Origin: Basidiobolus meristosporus CBS 931.73 | Taxonomy: Eukaryota > Fungi > Basidiobolomycota | Direction: 5' to 3' | Length of the DNA stretch: 64,000 nt | NCBI GenBank assembly: GCA_002104905.1 | Contig: MCFE01000363.1 | Location: forward strand, 1-64,000 | Shown: positions 1-12,160 of the stretch, piece after piece | Numbering within the stretch: the stretch's first letter is position 1 | How the letters are laid out: each line of letters opens with the position of its first letter | Program-made: the position numbers and the translations under genes | The notes under the pieces: model-generated | Database searches by the model: none | Seen by the model: only the letters and a program-made list of their open reading frames with translations | Told to the model about the DNA's origin: nothing

Positions 1-74
1 TCTTTATTGCATGTTACAAGGATACTATCTTAATTGACAAGCACTTGATATGAAATTCCCAATAAAGTGTCTAG

Positions 75-128
75 AAACCTAACCCTAAGACAATAAAGAT
101 TACACCAACCGGTGGTTTCCCCCCCCCC
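75..128 (+). repeat. Telomere-like hexamers (AAACCTAACCCTAA) followed by the 3' terminus of an upstream LINE copy
   Basis: 92-128 AATAAAGATTACACCAACCGGTGG-C-run matches the termini at ~2276-2312 and ~4354-4390. CCTAA/CCCTAA units at 75-88. Confidence 0.6.
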
Positions 129-2226
129 TACAGAATATGCATTTCCCAGCTTACCTGCATGGATTTGTGATGATGTAAATGCATTATGGCTATTTTACCA
201 GCATTTCATCATAATCACTGGCTGTCTGGCCCTGCCCACCAAGTCCTACCAAAAGCCATCTGCAAACCAACTTAAATGGAAATCCATCATTTCTGCCTTA
301 AATTCCAGCTACCTATGTTTCCCTAACCCAAAAACACAGAACCTCCTGGAAAGCGCAATCTCCTACTCCAAGTCACTACAGTTCACTGAGCATACTAGAT
401 TATGGGCTCATATCATGGATACCTTGCCCTTAGTAACTATGAATGCCACCACAAGGTCCATATCAAGAGTATACAAAGCCATGAGACCCCAAGCAAGGAG
501 TATACCATCACCAGACAAACTGGCCCCTATATTCTTTGATTCAACCGTGCATCCCACTCCTCCTTTCTACCATACTGGTAACATATCTAGCAGTCCAACA
601 TCTCCAATTTTGGTTTCAGCAAAGCTTCTGGAGAAAATTTTAAAGAAGCTTCCTGCAAATACTGCACCTGGACATGACTTGATTACCTACAATCTACTCT
701 GGGTGTGCTACTCCAAAATGAGTCACTTACTTCTCCCATTCTACTCTATCTGTGCCCAACAATTGACTACCCCAAAGGCCTGGTCACAGGCAAATGTAAT
801 ACCCTTATACAAAGGGAAGGGGAAACACTCACTCCCAGGTTCTTACCAGCCAGTTTTGCTCCTACCAACCTGCCGGAAAATCTTTGAGCTTATAATAGCA
901 AGATCCTTGCAATCTCAACTATATCCATTCCAGCCTTCTCAGTTTGGCTTCTTGCCCAAACTCTCCTTGGATATGGCTGTAGTGCTAAGCCATGATCATT
1001 CACTTCAATTCTCATTGCCAACCATTCTGTTTGACATTACTAAAGCCTTTAACTCTGTGGACAGAGCTCTGCTTTAGAGAAAGCTATTAGCAGTTACCAC
1101 ACTACCAATGACCCTTCTTGTATGTTCTCTATTTTGTGAGAACTCAGCCAAAATTTTGCATCCAAGTTGTACATCAGAGACTTATGAGGTTCCAAATGGA
1201 GTAGTCCAAGGATCTGTACTAGGTCCCTTACTATTTGTGATATTCCTACACAACTTTCCTTTATTTCCAAAAGGCCCCTCACCAGACTCTCCCTATCCAC
1301 TACTAACTCTCTATGCAGATGATATCAAGATTGCTACTCCTAATCCCATAGCAGACACTGCCATCATTGAGAAGTACTTGGCTGCCAACAACCTCTCACT
1401 CTCAATTTCCAAGACAGTCCCAATTGGGTGCACTACAACTATACAGAACACTAGCATTCTGCCACAACAAACTGCAATATATCTAGGTCTGCCATTTTGT
1501 CAACATGGGATTGACTCAAAGCTCCACCTGAATAATAGGATCTGTCTTGCCCAACAGGCTCTCAAAAAGCTTCTGGTAGTAGTCACTCCAGACACTCCGA
1601 TTCAAAAGATCCCTATACTTCTGAAGCAGTATGTACTGCCGGTACTTGAATTTGGTCTCCATATTATACCCCTAACCTCCAGAGAACTTCACCGCCTGGA
1701 TAAATTTCTCCATCAGTGTATCAGATCCTTGGTACCTTATCTTCCAGTATCTCCCTATATCCATGCAACTAATGGAGTTTTTGGGTTCTACCCATACCAA
1801 ATCCAAATGATCTATCTCCGTGCTTCCTTCCTAGTCAAACTTCAGAAATCACATAACCCCTCCATCAAACAATGGCTTCAATCTAACTCCTCCCTGAAAT
1901 CTTCTTGCTGGCACACCCTGGTTGGCTCTTCTGTAGTAACAGAGCTTGCTTCAAAACTTCAAAAAGCTGAGAAACCAAGACTACTGGCTCAGGACCATCT
2001 AAGATCTATGTGGCAGAGCTACTTACAAGTCCACACACCTTTCCTACTACACCTAATTCCAGGCTGGGTTCCAGTCTTGGATTATATTGATCAGAAACAT
2101 CTACAATTTGTACTTTCCCCAAAACCCCTGAATTTTATATTTACCCCTGATGAGCTTCACTTTATTGAAACAAACATTAGAGATGAAACAAAACATAAAT
2201 TAGATTACTTATTAGAGAGGTTCTAG
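112..2226 (+). mobile_element. Non-LTR (LINE-like) retroelement, reverse transcriptase pseudo-ORF, copy 1 (5'-truncated)
   Basis: ORFs 112-1077 and 1108-2226 are in the same frame, split by one TAG where LINE RTs have W (ALL*RKL vs LLWSKL in copy 2). RT motifs: APGHDLI, WSQANVIPLYKGKG, SYQPVLLL, QFGF, FDITKAFNSVDR, GVVQGSVLGPLLF, YADD, YLGLPF. No endonuclease domain visible. Confidence 0.9.
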
Positions 2227-2672
2227 ACCTCTTAATTGGCTTCTTTATTTGTACTTAAATTAGTTCTTAACTCAAATAAAGATTTCACCAACTTGGTGAC
2301 TTTCCCTCCCCTAACCCTCCTTCTTTTGGATCAGTGAATGCTTCTGTAGATTTCCCAGTCAACCATCACTATGGGAACCTTGGTTTCCTTTAAAGCTTCT
2401 GCAGTCCTCATTGTTTCCTTTGTGATCTGAAGCAAGATTCTTTAGTTCAGTCTGGTAAAGCTTCCCCTTATGTTCCTTGAGCTTACTTCCAGTGTAGGGT
2501 AATGAATGGTACTGTAAATTTCTTGTGTCCCCAACTTTCCTTTACAGCTTTTACAGTTTCCTTCACCCTTTACTGGCAAAGTGGTTTTCATTTTATAATA
2601 GTTGCTATACTCATATGACTTTGTCATATTTCAAGATTGCACTTCTTGTGCAAATTTCCAATAAAGCACTAG

Positions 2673-2689
2673 AACCCTAACCCTAACCC
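2673..2689 (+). repeat. Interstitial telomere-like repeat AACCCTAACCCTAACCC
   Basis: Read directly. Preceded by AATAAAG..CTAGAA, as is the hexamer tract at 61-88; lies immediately before LINE copy 2. Confidence 0.65.
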
Positions 2690-4390
2690 AACTCCTGGCT
2701 TTGATCCTGACTTCAAGACTCTGCCAATCCCACTTGCACTTGATCAAGGGAGAATCCATAATGTGCTCAAGAGGCTTCCCAACTCTACTGCTCCAGGTGT
2801 GGATACAATCTCCTATGAGCTTCTGAAGACTAGTACCAAGGCCATGTCTGCACTTCTGCTTCCACTGTTTCAGCAATGCTCAGCCCAGCTTTCTATTCCT
2901 GAGGAATGGTCCTTTGCAAATGTTCTGCCACTGTACAAGGGTAAAGGAAAGCACCTGGATCCTAGCTCCTACAGGCCAATATCTCTGCTGCCCACCTGCA
3001 GAAAGGTGTTTGAGCTTCTGCTTGCTCAGGAGCTCTACTCTGACTCCCTCAAGTTTCATCCTGCACAGTTTGGCTTTGTTCCTGGCCTCTCCTTGGAATA
3101 TGCAGTCATACTTAGCCAAGATCACTCTCTCCAGTGCAAGTATCCCTCTGTTCTGTTTGATATTACTAAGGCCTTTGATTCAGTTGACAGAAATCTGCTT
3201 TGGTCCAAGTTGCAATGCTTCTCCAGTACCTCTCTCACCCTCCTTGTCAGGTTTATGTTTCTGGTTCCACAAGCAAGAATTCTGCACCCAAGTGAGCAAT
3301 CACCAGTGTTCTCAGTTCCTAATGGGTGGTTCAAGGCTCTGTGCTTGGTCCTATACTGTTTGCCATCTTGCTGAATGATTTTTCAAGACTCTCAGCTGAC
3401 TGCCTGGTTACTCTCTTTGCTGATGACATCAGAATATCCTCCTCCAATGTGCAAAAAGACTCCCAGACCATCCACCAGTATCTGCAGAAGAATAATCTCC
3501 AGCTTTCCATTGCAAAGACAGTACCTTTGGGCTCTCCCATCAACTTGGAGAACTCCACTCTACCTGCTCAGGCTTCTGCTACATATCTTGGCTTTCCTTT
3601 CCTTCCTACTGGACCAGACTCTGGAGCACACCTGAAGAAGAGAATTATCCTTGCAAGACAGGCACTCCACAAGCTACTGGCTGTTACTCCTCCTACAACT
3701 TCAGCTCCCAGCTGCCTCCTTCTACTCAAGCATTTGTCTTCCCTGTCCTGGAATTTGGCTTACCACTTCTCTCTCTTACTTCTAGAGACTGCACCAATCT
3801 TGACAAGTTTGCAGTATGGTGCATTACCTCCTTGGGCCTCATTTGCCTGAATGCCCCTACAGACATGCTATTCTTGGTGCTTTTGGGTTTATGCCCTATA
3901 AGAACAGACTTCTCTACCTTAGAACCAGATTTATCTCAGACTTCACACTGCAACAACCCACTGATTAAGGCCTGGAAGAGAACAACCACACTACACCTGA
4001 CTCCTGCTGGAGAACTATACTTGGAGATCCTGAAGTCAAGAAATTTGCTGAATTTATTCTGCAGTCAGAAAAACCCAAGCTGGCCTACCTGAAGTACTTG
4101 ACAGACCTTTGGCAGCAATATCTGCAGCAGCACACTCCCTTTACGATGAATATCAATCCTTATCACATTCCCCTCATTAATGTTGTTCACAAGTCATTCT
4201 TACCTCTCTTGCTACCCCCCTTCCCACTGAACAGTGTCTTGAGCACTGAAGAGCTATCATCACTTCTTATTAACTTACCTACAAATTCCCCTCAGCTACA
4301 CACTCTTGTATCAAAGCTACAACAGTAGCGCTGGCTTCTTTGTTTCAACTGAAATAAAGATTTCACCTGTTGGTGACTGTCTCCCCCCCC
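2690..4390 (+). mobile_element. Non-LTR (LINE-like) retroelement, frameshifted RT, copy 2 (more 5'-truncated)
   Basis: ORFs 2763-3374, 3326-3850, 3832-4092 and 4098-4328 are collinear homologues of copy 1 (APGVDTI, SYRPISLL, DITKAFDSVDR, QGSVLGP, FADD, YLGFPF). Ends in the same AATAAAGATTTCACC..GGTGAC..C-rich terminus as copy 1. Confidence 0.88.
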
Positions 4391-4395
4391 TGACT

Positions 4396-7300
4396 GGCAG
4401 CTCGCTTTGATATCAGCTGATGATCTCAAGGATTTGTGCTTCCTGTCCGTGTACGTTTCAGTGCAATATCACCTACTCTGAGTGAACAAGGCAGACTGTG
4501 TGTGAAATACGCAACAGTATATAAGGGCAACTGTACCTTTCGACAAACTCAACATACAGTCCACACCCTTGATTCGTTCTCGAGAGCTGCCAGCTTGTTC
4601 AGGAGTAGCACTCATCCGTCTGCCATCTCGCCGCCCAGATGATCGCCCGGCTTTGAAGGGAATGCCTCATTCTACCGCAAACAGATAGGTGATGGTAATG
4701 CATCGACTGGGATCGGCTACGTATTCCTATCCGTACTTGCTACCGGGATTAATGTCATTGCTGAGCACATGTATGTCACCTCAATGCATATTGGCATTTT
4801 ACCTTTTGCACAGTTGTAAGGAGTGATTGGCAGGAAAAGGTGATATCCACTTGAATAAACTAGTCTAATGATGACGATGCAACAAAATATGAGCATGATT
4901 TAATCGGAACAGGTACTCGTCATTAGTAGCCGACGGTGTTATCTGTTGCATCAATATGAGTGTTGTAATATATTAAAGCCTTTACTCATTTCGGTAGATG
5001 AACAGGCGCATTATGCCAAGAAGTGTCCGTCCCATCCAAATATTAAAGGCTTCGGCCAAGTCTTACCATCACACAGGTGGATATCCTATTCAACTTATAT
5101 TCTTGGCTTATCTTGCTATCAATGCATGCATAATCGAAATGGTTGGATGAATTCACGTACTGTGGTGACTGATGATGTCGAATATTCGTCCATCATTGAA
5201 TTGCTGCTTTTTCCCGCATCCCATAAATTTCAGATGGTATTTTCCGCAGCACTGTCAACTGCTTTCTAGTATTCCGGGAAGTTCTCCAAGGCCTTTTGGC
5301 TTTGGACTACCTATTGCCATATATAATGCTTGCGGGCCGGTCATCACGATCTTCACTCGATGAATGAAAATTCCGACTTCCTTTGTTAAGAGTCCAATTG
5401 AACGATCTCATGAGATTTGGTACGCTATTAGCCAATATATTGGATTAGGAATGCCTGGAATTCTAATTACAGGTAAATATGAGTAGCGTGACGACTAAGC
5501 CGTAATATGTCACCAACTCTCCAACATTTCTGAGGTACTAAGGTGTTTAGATATGGTTTGGAAGCTTATCGTATTCGATCGAATAATATTTGGCACATTG
5601 CTACCAGTATTGGTAAACAGAGTCTAAGGGCATGTTGACAACCATCAAAATAGTACTCCATTTAAAGCCTTCCACAATTGCAGATATTTATCACACATTC
5701 AATGTTTTCCCAATTAGCAAGATGCATACTAAAATATTCGATAATAAGGAGAAGTGGTTACCTCCAACTTTTGGCAAATCAATGTATTATAGCAGGGCGC
5801 ATACAAAAGTTCCTTAAGGAATCCAGTAGTACTGAACGCCTGAACTAGCTAGGATAGACCTTGAAATACTAGCATCCTTCGTGGTAAACTAAAATGTACT
5901 GGGTAGCACTGCGATAAAACACTATCTCCAACGGAAATAATGCAGCATTTGTAGACGATGCTCGTAGTCTGCGGTATCAGCAGTGAATTTGTGATGTCAG
6001 AATATCTAACATCACGTGCATTGCAGTCTACCGCCCTTACTAACTTTGTACGTACCGAGGGCATAAACCAGCTAGTGTCAAGAAACATATAAATGAAACT
6101 TATGTTTGGCGATAGTACTGTATGGATACAGACACTTCGCAGTAACTCAGAGTGGGAGGCTGAAACACTCTGTAGTTATTGCTAGTTGGAGTGGGCTGAT
6201 ATTGCTACACCTGATATGCTGAAACATCTGCCAAATCGGGCACATTGAGCCTACCTCGCAGGGAAAATGCCCAGTGTTGGAACTACACGGCAAAAGCTCG
6301 ATTAAACTGAGCTCTGAAATATTGAATCACTCGCTTGGATGCAACAGATAACATCGCCGTTAACTGATGGCGATCACTTGTTCCAAATAAGTCATGCTCA
6401 TATTTTGTTGTATCGTCATCATTAGACTAGTTTATTCAAGTGGAGAACTCCTTTTCCTGCCAATCACTCCTTACAACTGTGCAAAAGGTAAAATGCCAAT
6501 ATGCATTGAGGTGACATACATGTGCTCAGCAATGACATTAATCCCGGTAGCAGGTATGGATGAGAATACATGGCCGATCCCAGTCGATGCATTAACATCA
6601 CCTATCTGTTTGCGGTAGAATGAGGCATTCCCTTCAAAGCCGGGCGATCATCTGGGCGGCGAGATGGCAGACGGATGAGTGCTACTCCTGAACAATCTGG
6701 CAGCTCTCGAGAACGAATCAAGGGTGTGGACTGTATGTTGAGTTTGTCGAAAGGTACAGTTGCCCTTATATACTGTTGCGTATTTCACACACAGTCTGCC
6801 TTGTTCACTCAGAGTAGGTGATATTGCACTGAAACGTTCATGGAACGGAAGCACAAATCCTCGAAATGGACAGCTGATTCCGAAGTGAACTTCCGAATCG
6901 GCAGCATGAGTCATGGCCTCTTCAGTGGTACACACTGCACTTCGTACTAAGCATCCAGCTGGCCAATTCCACCGCGCAACCTTGCACTGAGAATACGAGC
7001 TACAGGTCCTGTAAGAGAAGCACGTGTGGTCGACTCTCCAATTGGTGCTGCAGCATATGCAGTCGTTCGCCCAAATTCACCGTGTTACCTTGCACTGAGC
7101 AAGATGCATGGGTGAACCTAGTTTGGACTAGGATCCATCGGGCTTCTATCTCAAAATCTGGGTGGCTCATCAGATACTTGGTGTCACAATGCCATATATC
7201 CTTATACGGATTCTAGCTATTCCTTCCCGATGCACTAAATCCAAGGGCCACATGAAAGCCAACTTTGGTAACTGGGTGTTAGACCCCAATATTGGTGGTA

Positions 7301-7760
7301 CGCTCTTCAGTCCTCTAGTGCTACTGTTCTGCACCATGTTTGCACCCAAGCTACATAGTCCGTTGATGCCATGAATGTGCATAAAAGGTGTACTGGCACA
7401 AGTGGAATGAGCAACAGACAATCCACATCCTGCTATCCCTTCTGCTGGCGTTCTGGCTGTTCGCACAACATCTGATGGCCCACTATCTATGGTAATGGGT
7501 GCTTTACTGGTGATGCATACGCATTAGTGATCCGCTACTTACGGAGCAATGAGCAAGGTTTACCCCCGGTGCTGAATTAGGGACTATGGAGATGACTTTA
7601 CTCTGTGTTTAATAAGCTAGAATAAAGGAATGGAGGGAGGTCTTTTTGGATCTTTCAGAGAATTATGAATTATTTTTGCCAGGTAGTTATCTTCTCCAGT
7701 GTGGTTTTTCGCATGGAATCCGCCAGTGTATGGTTCCGTGTGTTATTTGGAAGTAGTGTA
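4396..7760 (+). repeat. ~3.35 kb direct repeat, copy 1 (copy 2 at 12161-15510)
   Basis: ORF pairs 4436/12201, 4946/12711, 5172/12937, 5632/13397 and 5849/13614 are all offset by 7765 bp. Sequence is near-identical by eye, with a few small indels. Confidence 0.95.
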
Positions 7761-9183
7761 TATACATGGATGACATAGATATGTGCTAAATCGAACAAGC
7801 AATGTTAATATCACGGGTCTATACAGCAACCTCGCAGTTTGCCTGTTTATTTATACTCTGAAGGTACTATTAGACGCTGTGAACCTGAGAACATACTAAA
7901 GATATTTCTCATACAATGTTGATTGTACAATAAAAAAGTGATGGTATTTCGCATAGATAATTAAGAGCAACAGCAACCAGCACCTCTAGATGGAGTGCCG
8001 CACTAAGATTCAGTGGGGGCATGCTATCCGTCGATCTAGGGTGAAATTGGAAACGATGATTTGACCCGTCATCATTAAGAAGGTTTATTCAGAAGGATAG
8101 TGACTCGCTACATGCCTGCTCATCACATCGATCCTCAATGACTAAAATACAATGCTAATCGGCACATCCCATTAGCAAAGCACCCTATCGGTGGTCCCCG
8201 AGTAGTATCGATTTGCTGCTACATTGAAAGCAAGATGCCAATCATTACAAGTGTGCTCAGACGGTGTATCGGCAGCAATCAGGGCTTTGTCTCCAAGACC
8301 GGGCTATCGCCTGGGCAGAGTCACGGCCAAAGGAAAAAGCCCACTCCTGAACAAACTGGCAGCTCCGGAGAACGAGTCAAGTGTGTGGATTGTATGTTGA
8401 CTATGACCTGAAAGCTGCTTACCCTTATATACTTTGGGCTGTCCTACTCGCGACCAAGTCGATTCTCTCATAGCCCGTCTCATCGCATATGAATCACACG
8501 AACTTCTACGTCTCGATTCTAACTTGCTCAAATGGATTTATTGGTGGACAGCGCCCCACACCTGAAGCTTGGAGAGACTCTCATCACATCGCTTTTGAGC
8601 CACTTCAAGATCCAGATCCCGATAGAAGCTGATAGTATCTAATACGAGAACAAGTCCATTGATCTGTGTGCCATGGATTCAGGTTTGCTACCCTTTAAGT
8701 GGAACCAAGTGAAACTGAAAGCTAATTGGCCGTGGCACTAAACTCTGTAATGAGAAACATATTCACTCATGAAGGTGGTAGAAAATGCGAATAAGTGCCA
8801 TATTTGTAGTTGAAGTTAATTAAGGGATCTTCCCAAAATCTGGATGATTCTTTACAAAGCTGCTTGTCAACTTTGGGTAAGCATGGGTGGTACAGCATTT
8901 CCGAATGTAGCAGCACTCTGTATGTGTAAGCCACTCAGTGCCTATGAGTGCAAGCATTCAGTAGCGGTTTGTTGGCAAGATGGTACTGGGCCTCAATACT
9001 AGTGGACCATTCTTCACTAGTGCTACTGTTGTGGCCGAAACACCGACACAGTTGCAATTTCGCAATTACCATGAATACGTATAAAAGACACGATGTTGGA
9101 AGTTGAAAGCTCAACATACAATCCACATACCGGGGTTCTCCTGTCCGTTTCAATTCAAGCAAGTGAAGTATTGTAAAGTCTGC
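5778..9183 (+). repeat. Left arm of ~3.4 kb inverted repeat (right arm 24134-27512)
   Basis: Reverse complement matches at both ends (AATCAATGTATTA.. at 5778 vs 27512; CAGACTTT.. at 9183 vs 24134). ORFs 5849(-)/27192(+), 6648(-)/26344(+), 7170(-)/25759(+), 8304(-)/24786(+) and 8935(-)/24017(+) correspond. Confidence 0.93.
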
Positions 9184-10351
9184 CCGGCCCTTCTTGGTGG
9201 TTCATTCTCGCTGGTGATTCCGACTATCCTGCATGGTGCTGTTCCGCTGGAGGTTTTCACTGTTGGTACGGCTTCCTTGTTGCTACCTACGTTCTGTGAG
9301 TTGATCACACATCGATATGTGTAATAATAGATTTGTTGTGGCCTTTTCACCATTCCAAGAATTGTGGTTTGGTTGACGTTAATTGATGCTCGCACTTCCT
9401 TGAATAAAACAGACGTGGTAAAAAAACAGTCATAAATTTGCAAACTTGGGCAGGGATAATAGGATGTCGTTCGTAGCATTTTGAGTTACTAACCCACTTA
9501 CTACTGGTATTTTGCAATATCTATGGAATGATGTGTGATATCGTAGGAATCCTTACAACAGTACAAATGGCTGATTTTTACATTTTTGGATTTTCTAATG
9601 GATGCTAAAAATTTACTAAAAATGGCAGCCTACAGGATAGCCACATCTTGTTGAAGGATTACTCGATTTGGTTGATCTTGATCTTTGTTGTCTTTATCCA
9701 CAGCATGAACCTTCAAAGTTGGGGACTACGATTATGAAAATTAAAGCAAACTATTGCAACATGCTGCAATAACAGATTCACTGAAAATTCAACGGCTGCT
9801 GAGAACTCTGATGAGAAATTTCCGTATTTCATACCGTAATACACACCTTAGTCTAATCATGATGCTAGAGTGGATCTCATTAAACAAGCCCCAAAGTACG
9901 ACAAAGACCCTTAGTACACCCCCCAAGGCCACACCTATACGGGCTAACATAAGTTCAAGCCAAACCACGGTAGCACTGAGGTCAATTCAAAACAACTAAT
10001 ACTAATTATGGAAAAACCTGCTTGGCTCAGTAGCACTATAGTATTTATAGAGTTCTTTGTGGACTGCAACACCGGTTAAACCTACCAAGTTACGGTGTCT
10101 ACCTTAGCGCCTTTGAACGTCTGGGGTCTTAGTCATAATCATTATTACGACCATAGTCTAAGCCCGTTACGAGTCAAAGGGATGTCTAGTATGGTAGGCA
10201 TGGATCCGAATTGCCATATTTGGTTTCTCTCCGAAACGCTCTTTACCAAGATATGCCTTCTCGATTTCGATTTTATGCGGTGCCCTGTAATCGTTTATTA
10301 CATTTGCTTATTGACGCAGTTTATCACCATGAAAGCACACAACTCATCTAA

Positions 10352-10717
10352 CAGTCTCTTGTATCTCACGGTACACTTTACATTCTAGAAACCATCAATT
10401 TGCACAAAACCAGATACAGATTTGGGGTTCTAGTCATCTGGTTTGACCATCGCTTACTCCTAAAAGAACTAGTGGCAGCACATCCGGTATTACCATAGTT
10501 AAATTGGTACCACCAAGCTTATTTCAGCCCTTCTAGGTTAGCCAACTAGCTTGAGGTGGTTGGAATGCGATTACCCGTGTCTATTGGCTGCCTACTACTT
10601 AAGAAACTGGAGTCTTCGTGGATTTTAACTCATCGATGAAGCCATTGGCTGGTAAGAAATCGAATCGTAATAACGATAAGATTTCATGCTATTCCGAGAC
10701 CGTACTACTAAACGCGT
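10352..10717 (+). repeat. 366-bp near-perfect inverted repeat tract (partner 15957-16322)
   Basis: I could see only one mismatch between this tract and the reverse complement of 15957-16322; flanks on both sides are much more diverged. Confidence 0.92.
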
Positions 10718-12160
10718 TGCGAACGGTTATCACTGATTCAAACGGCCGTTTCACCATAATAGATAACGTTAATTGAGATTGAACCACCCACATATTTCTA
10801 GAATCAACGCGTGTACATGGGAAGATGAATCTAGACAATAGAACCTCACATAGAGCATCAGCCGATAGTGGTTTGCATAATAGATAGTATACTGAACATT
10901 AAGTTATAAATGCGAAATTTGAATCTAGATGTTTGAGCCGCACTTAGATATCATCCCAGTGCGAACATAGATTACAGATTAAATTAAGCATCACTATCAA
11001 TAATCTAAATATATAACCATGGTATAGGAGATAAAGCTCCATGTCATTTAGTGATGAACTTTCAAATCATGTTCAATGTTATAAAGAAATATTGGAATCG
11101 GTTTACTTTCAAGGCGTTGGTTTCTGGGGCAAGCTACTTTATAGTCGATAGCTCGCCAGTTACAATTAAGCGGCTCCCTCACGGTTTCGCATGAAAAAGT
11201 AGTGATGGCTCTAGACAGCGCTATAAATGTCAATTCCATAATGATTGCTATAAACACTACTATATTGTAATCGCGTGCTTGTTCGCCCTTCACCTTTCTC
11301 CATTGCCCATACACATACTGATTTAAAATAGTAGACCAACTTACACATTGGCAAATTTCATCCCAAAACCCACGCTTCAGCAGATAACCAGTAAGTAACA
11401 AGACTGCAAAATCCCTTGAAAGATCCAAAAGATCACCCCCATTCCTTTATTCTAGCTCATTAAACACAGGGTAAAGTGGCCCCACAGTCCTTAAGTAAGC
11501 ACGGGGGCTAAACCTTGCTCATTGCTCCGTAAGTAGCGGATCACCAATGCGTGTGCATCCCCAGGAAAGCACCCGTTACCATAGATAGTGGGCCATCAGA
11601 TGTTGTGCGAACAGCCAGAATGCCAGCAGAAGGGATAGCAGGATGTGGATTGTCTGTTGCTCATTCCACTTGTGCCAGCACACCTTTTATGCACATTCAT
11701 GGCATCAACGGACTATGTATCTGGTATGCAAATATGGTGTTGAATAGTAGCACTAAGGAACTGTAGAATCTTCCACCAATAACGCGGTCTAGCACAACGC
11801 TACCAAAATAGGCTTTCATGTGGTCTGTTGATCTGGTACACCTTTGAAGAATAATTAGAATTCGTATAGGATATATGGAATAGTGACACCAAATATCTGA
11901 TGAGCCACCCAGATTTTAGGAAGGAAACCAGATTAACATTGCCCGAATATCCTGCTCAGTGAAAAAAAGTACGGTGACAAGAGACGAATAGATTCCAGTG
12001 CTCCAACACCCATTGGGGCATTGTTCACTTAGTTTTCTCTTGCCGGATCTGTAGCACATATTCTCAGTGCAAGGTTGCGTTGTGGAATTGGCTAGCCGAA
12101 TGCTTAGTACGAAGTGCTCTGTGTTCCATTGGAATGACTAAAGATTCGTTTGGCTGGCTC

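Noticed and set aside
8383-8470. YVDYDLKAAYPYIL as a family-B DNA polymerase or RT motif A
   Set aside because: Present only in one subfamily; homologous modules read YVEFVERYSCPY or YVAHSTSNVMPF in that frame, and no other polymerase motifs follow.
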